Positions 27,353-32,000 of a stretch of 32,000 nucleotides of DNA are shown here, in pieces (positions within the stretch are counted from its first letter, which is position 1; each line of letters begins with the position of its first letter). The translations under genes and the position numbers were made by a program. The notes below the pieces were generated by a model that did not search any database, was not told where the DNA came from, and worked only from the letters and a program-made list of their open reading frames with translations. The DNA is from a virus, in the IMG/VR virus record IMGVR_UViG_3300037510_000657, positions 73,877 to 105,876 of that record, one strand, 5' to 3'.

Positions 27353-27625
27353 CTAGTGGTCGTCGAGGATCTCTCCTCGGTAGGTGCCGATCAGCTGGTA
27401 GGGCCAGTTGACGGCGTTTCCGATGTCCGGCAGTCTCGCAGGCGGCTCTGACACTTCCAGCATCGCGTCCTTGGACCCGAACGAGACCAGCTTCTTCTCG
27501 CCGGCCATGCTGCTGTCGAGCGCCTTGTTCTCGTAGATGGCTATGCCGTCAGCCCGCATGAGCCAGCGGTTCACGATAGGCCACACCTCTTTGTCGATGA
27601 TGGCCTTCGCTTCATCTCTGGTCAT
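27353..27625 (-). CDS. Hypothetical protein
   Basis: 90-aa ORF with an ATGA-type overlap to the NUDIX gene. Confidence 0.6.
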   Translation of the reverse strand: MTRDEAKAIIDKEVWPIVNRWLMRADGIAIYENKALDSSMAGEKKLVSFGSKDAMLEVSEPPARLPDIGNAVNWPYQLIGTYRGEILDDH

Positions 27626-28143
27626 AGGAGCGAGTGCTGCCGCAGGTAGTTCTCCAGCGGCGGGAAGAGGGGTTGCGGAAGGTTGCTAGGAGCGCACCAG
27701 CGCCACTCCTCGCACTTGTCGGGCTCCTTGTTCACGGGCTCGCAGTTGACCCACGTGGCTCGGAAGAACAGGGTGATGTAGTGCTTCCCGTTGCCCCAGA
27801 TGTTGTTGACATAGGGGCCGCGGGTGACCGCCAGGACAGGGATGCCAGTCTCCTCCTTGACCTCGCGGATGGCGCACTCCTCCGGCGTCTCTCCGTGCTC
27901 GAGGTGACCGCCAGGGAGAGCCCAGGTGCCCTGTCCGTGGGGCGACTTCCTCTTGCCCAGCAGTACCTGCCCCTCGCGGTTGACGAGGATGACGGCGCAG
28001 CCCACGCGGACCCGGATCTGGTCCTCGACGAAGGCCTGGTAGAGCTTCACGACATCCTGCTCGAGCGGTGCCTCGGGCCCGTCGATGTTGCTGTACCAGC
28101 GAGCCAGTCGGTCCCAAGCTGGCGATCCGATGAAGTTGCTCAT
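27622..28143 (-). CDS. NUDIX hydrolase
   Basis: NUDIX box GGHLEHGETPEECAIREVKEETG. I prefer ATG 28143, which makes an ATGA overlap with the upstream stop. Confidence 0.9.
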   Translation of the reverse strand: MSNFIGSPAWDRLARWYSNIDGPEAPLEQDVVKLYQAFVEDQIRVRVGCAVILVNREGQVLLGKRKSPHGQGTWALPGGHLEHGETPEECAIREVKEETGIPVLAVTRGPYVNNIWGNGKHYITLFFRATWVNCEPVNKEPDKCEEWRWCAPSNLPQPLFPPLENYLRQHSLL

Positions 28144-28361
28144 TCTTCCACCAGTCCTTCCTTCTCGGCGTACCAGCGCTTGACGATGAGGGTGCCCGTA
28201 TCGTCCTTCTGGTGAACCTCGCTGTCGTCGTGGACAGCCGACTTCGGGGCCCACTTCGTCTCACCCTCGTAGGTGAACTTGATGGCCTTGTCCGTCTCGT
28301 GGATGACCTCGACGCCCTCGAGCTCGACGGGCTCGTCTCCGTTGTTGACCTTGGTCGGCAT
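28140..28361 (-). CDS. Hypothetical protein
   Basis: 73-aa ORF following thyX. Confidence 0.6.
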   Translation of the reverse strand: MPTKVNNGDEPVELEGVEVIHETDKAIKFTYEGETKWAPKSAVHDDSEVHQKDDTGTLIVKRWYAEKEGLVEE

Positions 28362-28363
28362 GG

Positions 28364-29353
28364 CTACTTGGGCTCCTCCATGAAGGCGACCACGTCGGCG
28401 TACTTGGCCTCCTTGTCGGTCTCGAGCTTGGACTCGAAGGCCTTGAACTGCTTCTTGGTCATGCCCGACCCTTCCTGGCCCATGTCGTCCAGGTAGCCGC
28501 CACGCTGAAGCTCACGCCACGCAGCCCGCAGATGCCGCATCTCGGTGGCCGAGAAGCGGGTGGCGAAGAAGCTGTGCTCCTGCCAGAGCTTGAAGGTCCT
28601 CGGGTAGAGCGTCTTGATGGAGACGGCCACGGCGTTGGCGAACTGCCGGATCTCCTTCTGGGCGCTGAGCTCCATGCGCAACGACAGGAAGGACAGCCAG
28701 TTGCGGAGATCCGTCTTGGCCGTCATCTTCGAGTAGCGAGAGACCGGGGTGTTGAGGCGAGCGATCTCGTTGGCCACTCCCATGCCGATGAGCCGGTCGT
28801 AGTTCTGGTAGACCGCCTCCTGCTCGTTGCTCAGGTCCGAGCAGATCTCGATGGCGTCTTCGAGCGAGAAGGTGTCACCGGAGCCCTGCTTGTTGCTCTT
28901 CGACTGCTTGGCGATGCGCCCGGGCTCGGGGACGTAGTGTTCGTTGGGCATCACCGCGTAGCGGGCCGAGAACTCGTTGTAGCTCTGCGTGCGGTGCCGG
29001 TGCCACTCGCGGAAGACGACGAGCGGGGCCTTGATCTCGAACTTGACCTCCACCATCTCGAACGGGGTCATGTGCTGGTTGGCGTAGAGGTACTCGAGAA
29101 GATCCGAGTCCTTCTTGGTCTCCAGGACGTGCTCCCCGTTGTTCTTGTCGCACCACGAGGGGATGGCCCCGCCGGGGAGCATCGTCAGCAGGCAGTGCTT
29201 GCACTGCTTGTACTCGTCCCAGGAGACGAAGCCCTTGCCGGTGGACATGCGAGCCGCCTCGATGATGGCGGACTCCTCGCCCATGTAGTCGACGAGCTTG
29301 ACGTAGCCCTTGTCGAGAACGTTGAAGCCTTCCTTCAGCTGTCCGATGTTCAT
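28364..29353 (-). CDS. thyX: Flavin-dependent thymidylate synthase ThyX
   Basis: ThyX signature REWHRHRTQSYNEFSARY (RHRxxSxxxxSxR) and N-terminal GYVKLVDYMG..AIIEAARMS. Confidence 0.9.
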   Translation of the reverse strand: MNIGQLKEGFNVLDKGYVKLVDYMGEESAIIEAARMSTGKGFVSWDEYKQCKHCLLTMLPGGAIPSWCDKNNGEHVLETKKDSDLLEYLYANQHMTPFEMVEVKFEIKAPLVVFREWHRHRTQSYNEFSARYAVMPNEHYVPEPGRIAKQSKSNKQGSGDTFSLEDAIEICSDLSNEQEAVYQNYDRLIGMGVANEIARLNTPVSRYSKMTAKTDLRNWLSFLSLRMELSAQKEIRQFANAVAVSIKTLYPRTFKLWQEHSFFATRFSATEMRHLRAAWRELQRGGYLDDMGQEGSGMTKKQFKAFESKLETDKEAKYADVVAFMEEPK

Positions 29354-29361
29354 GTCGTCTC

Positions 29362-29664
29362 CTAGATGCGTGCGTTCGGCAGGAAGCCGGTCTTGGTGTA
29401 CTCGTCGAGGGCCGCCTTCGCGTCCTCTTCCTTCTCGAAGTAGCCGGTCTCCCTCGAGCCCGGCTCGGTGATGTCTCCCCAGTGTTCGGGCGGCAGGTAG
29501 CCGTAGTCACTTAGGCAGCTGGCGCAGGCCTCCTCCTTCTTCTTGCAGGCCTTCCAGTAGGTGCCCACGTACCAGCCGGCGGGGGACTTCAGGACCTTGA
29601 AGTCTGAGTAGTGCGGGTCCTTGAGCTCGGAGTCCTGGCTCAGCAACGTCTCTCCCGGGAACAT
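29362..29664 (-). CDS. Hypothetical protein
   Basis: ATG 29664 sits in an ATGA overlap: MFPGETLLSQDSELKDPHYSDFKV... The N-terminal part of the track ORF is an overlap artefact. Confidence 0.6.
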   Translation of the reverse strand: MFPGETLLSQDSELKDPHYSDFKVLKSPAGWYVGTYWKACKKKEEACASCLSDYGYLPPEHWGDITEPGSRETGYFEKEEDAKAALDEYTKTGFLPNARI

Positions 29665-30026
29665 CAGTACTGCTCCTTCTTCTCGGCGATCCACTTGTCG
29701 AGCTGGTCGTCGATCTCGAGAACGACCACCCGCTTGCCGTTGCGGCGCTCGTAGCCGAGGAACTTCAGGTCGGTGATGTCGTTCTGCCCGACGCGGAAGT
29801 AGTGCGTCTCGTCGGCGTGAAAGGTCGGCACGACCTCGAGAGCCTGCGAGTGGAGCCGCGGCTCGTTGTTCTCCCTGGAGACCTCGTCCGCGGTTCGGCG
29901 GTACTGGTTCTTGTCGTCGTAGTGCATGGGCGCGTGGCTGAGGAGCCAAGCAGCGGTCTTCGGGCTCTTCTCGAGCTCGCTGGCTAGATCGTTGAGAACG
30001 AGTGCAACAGTGAGGTATCCCATCAC
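29664..30026 (-). CDS. Hypothetical protein
   Basis: 120-aa ORF with an ATGA overlap to the upstream gene. Confidence 0.6.
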   Translation of the reverse strand: MMGYLTVALVLNDLASELEKSPKTAAWLLSHAPMHYDDKNQYRRTADEVSRENNEPRLHSQALEVVPTFHADETHYFRVGQNDITDLKFLGYERRNGKRVVVLEIDDQLDKWIAEKKEQY

Positions 30027-30484
30027 TTCCTCCGTGCCTTGTAGGGCTCTAAGCGAGTTCTCCCGACCGACCAGATGAGGCGCTCTCCCTTGATGGGAGT
30101 GACCTCATGCATCTCGGTATCGGGCTCGAAGACCACGCCATCCCCGACCTTCATCGGGACTGGCAGGCCGTTGATGACTAGCTCCCCTTCCTCGGGAGCG
30201 ACGAGCAGGATGTTGATCCGATGACCAGTCCTGAAGTCTGTGTGCGGCATGGTGTAGCCGCCGTTGCCGTAGTGGATGAAGAAGCTCTCGACGTAGATCA
30301 GGCCTGGCTTCTTGGGGAGCTCCGGCAGGGTCTTGTCCAGCAGACAGAGCGGAGGGAACTCGATCGGTACTATCTCGTACTTCCTATCCCCTCCTACTGC
30401 CCAGCCACCGACGAGGTGCTCTACCCACAGGAGCTTGAGGTTCTCGACCTCTCCGTGCGAGAGGAAGCCCTGTAGGACCTTCAT
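30023..30484 (-). CDS. 2OG-Fe(II) oxygenase-like (HxD...H) protein
   Basis: From ATG 30484 (ATGA overlap): YTMPHTDFRTGHRINILL...DTEMHEVTP gives the HxD...H facial triad on a double-stranded beta-helix-like sequence. Confidence 0.55.
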   Translation of the reverse strand: MKVLQGFLSHGEVENLKLLWVEHLVGGWAVGGDRKYEIVPIEFPPLCLLDKTLPELPKKPGLIYVESFFIHYGNGGYTMPHTDFRTGHRINILLVAPEEGELVINGLPVPMKVGDGVVFEPDTEMHEVTPIKGERLIWSVGRTRLEPYKARRK

Positions 30485-31371
30485 CAGCGAACGAGCCTGG
30501 GGTCCTTGCCGGCCAGGACCGCCTCGAAGTTCTTCAGGTCCTCCTCGTCGTGCTTCTTGCGCATCGCCTTGTGGTGCGCGTTGGACGCCTTCTGATCGGC
30601 CTTGCGGGCGGCCTCCCAGTCCTTGGTGAGCTTGATGAACTCGTCCGGCACCTGTAGCTGCTTGCCCTGGAAGAAGAACAGGATGGGGTCGGGAAAGTGT
30701 GGGTCCTCCCCGTTCGTGTAGTAGTCGGCCGTGTTCTTGTAGCCAACGCCAGGGCGGTGATGACCTCCGTGCAGACTCGCCGCGTAGAGGCACTCGGCGA
30801 AGCTATGCCCGGGCATGTCCTCGTCGAGTCGGTCGAACTTCTCCACGTTCTTGCGACTCTCGTACGTCAGCCACCAGTCGAGGAGCATGTCGTGCTCCTG
30901 CTCGAAGTCGCGCGTGGAGATCACCCGCTCGTCGCAGTTGGCGCAGTAGAAGTGGTCGGGGTCCTCCTCCTCGTCCTTCTCGTCGTCATCGTCGTACTTG
31001 TACTTGAACGAGGTGCACTTGGAGAAGCCGGGGCGGGGAGGCTTGCCCTCCTTGATCTCCTGCATGACCCGGTGCATCAGGAAGTACTTGAACCCGAAGA
31101 CGGAGCTCTGGTACTTCGCTCTGGCGATGTCGAGCTGGATGGTCACCGGCGGGGCGACGATGTTGATGTCCCAGTACTCCTTGGGCTCGAGCCCGCCGCG
31201 CTCCTTCGCAAACACGGCCCCCCAGGTCTGGTAGAGCGCCTTGTCGGTGCGCGCCAGGAGGTAGTGGTGACCCTCATTGTGCGCGTACCAGATGAGCATC
31301 TTGTGGCGGCCGCCGTGGGGGTACTTGATGTTGGGGCCGAACAGTTCGAGCAGCTGCTTGTCGGGGAGCAT
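30484..31371 (-). CDS. Hypothetical protein with acidic DDDDEKDEEED stretch
   Basis: 295-aa ORF with consistent codon bias. Confidence 0.65.
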   Translation of the reverse strand: MLPDKQLLELFGPNIKYPHGGRHKMLIWYAHNEGHHYLLARTDKALYQTWGAVFAKERGGLEPKEYWDINIVAPPVTIQLDIARAKYQSSVFGFKYFLMHRVMQEIKEGKPPRPGFSKCTSFKYKYDDDDEKDEEEDPDHFYCANCDERVISTRDFEQEHDMLLDWWLTYESRKNVEKFDRLDEDMPGHSFAECLYAASLHGGHHRPGVGYKNTADYYTNGEDPHFPDPILFFFQGKQLQVPDEFIKLTKDWEAARKADQKASNAHHKAMRKKHDEEDLKNFEAVLAGKDPRLVR

Positions 31372-31372
31372 G

Positions 31373-32000
31373 TCAGCAACCTTTCCGAGCCAGCATCTCT
31401 AGCGCTGGCGTCCTGTCCCCGTTGCACGAGATGCGGCGGGGGACTTCGAGCTTGGTGATGGTGAACCCGAGGTTCTCGTAGAGGTCGACGATCCGGTCAG
31501 TGGCCAGGTTCGACGCCACCGACGGGCCCGGATGCTGAGCCAGCCACCTGGCGAGGCGCACCTGGTCGTCCCAGTTGAAGTCCCTCTGCGCGAAGGACGT
31601 GAAGCCGTCGTCGTAGGGCGGGTCGGCGTAGATGAAGTCGGTAGGCTTCAGCGGGATGGTGCCGAAGTCACCCATCCACACCTCCCAGCCCTTCATCACC
31701 TCGACGTAGGGAGTGAAGTCGGTCTTGTAGTTGATGGTCTTGTAGCTGCCGAAGGGGACGTTGAAGTAGCCCTTGCGGTTGAACCGGCACAGGCCGTTGA
31801 AGCAGGTGCGGTTCAGGTAATAGAAGAGGAGGGCACCCTCTCTCGACCAGTACTCCTGCGCCTGGCACAGCAGATTGAACTTCTCGCGGTTGGCGTAGAA
31901 GACGTTGCGGTCGTTCTCGAACTCGACGCCGCAGTTGTCGTCGGCCACGAGCCCGGCCTGGACCCAGCGCCAGAAGTTCATCAGGTGCGGGTTCACGTCC
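31373..32000 (-). CDS. dam: Dam-family N6-adenine DNA methyltransferase (N-terminus beyond window end)
   Basis: YYLNRTCFNGLCRFNRKGYFNVPFG and FIYADPPYD motifs. The frame is open to the window edge. Confidence 0.85.
   Translation of the reverse strand, partial: DVNPHLMNFWRWVQAGLVADDNCGVEFENDRNVFYANREKFNLLCQAQEYWSREGALLFYYLNRTCFNGLCRFNRKGYFNVPFGSYKTINYKTDFTPYVEVMKGWEVWMGDFGTIPLKPTDFIYADPPYDDGFTSFAQRDFNWDDQVRLARWLAQHPGPSVASNLATDRIVDLYENLGFTITKLEVPRRISCNGDRTPALEMLARKGC

Overview
The window looks like a GC-rich (about 60-65% by eye, not computed), densely packed double-stranded DNA phage segment of the actinobacteriophage type. Evidence for that: GGAGG Shine-Dalgarno (SD) sites, GC-rich third codon positions, chains of ATGA start/stop overlaps, and leaderless-type promoters. 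Almost all genes are on the minus strand. Most long plus-strand ORFs in the track are antisense shadows of these genes.

There are three blocks.

(1) 1-8100: an AAA+ ATPase that runs off the window start, small Cys-rich, RHH and membrane proteins, a 62-aa peptide with a double-glycine leader, and a dCTP deaminase.

(2) 8138-18662: a large translation island.
- About 44 minus-strand tRNA genes that I could fold by eye. Their anticodons cover all 20 amino acids.
- Several degenerate, oversized or split tRNA-like elements.
- An HNH endonuclease.
- A phage tmRNA with tag ANAVANDNDVALPLQAAA.
- A truncated class-I release-factor gene that needs a prfB-type +1 frameshift, but on CUU UAG.
- A PTH2-like peptidyl-tRNA hydrolase.
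- A lone plus-strand tRNA-like gene.
- A GGDEF diguanylate cyclase also sits inside this block.

(3) 18900-32000:
- A metallophosphoesterase, a wHTH protein, and a macro/SLOG-like protein.
- A full WGR-HD-catalytic PARP (H-Y-E triad).
- rIIB-like and rIIA-like proteins.
- NUDIX, ThyX, a 2OG-Fe(II) oxygenase, and a Dam methylase that runs off the window end.

The most unusual signals are the UAG-dependent +1 frameshift in the release-factor gene, the tRNA halves arranged 3'-half before 5'-half, and the phage PARP module.

All RNA folds and protein family calls were made by eye and memory. No tool was run.
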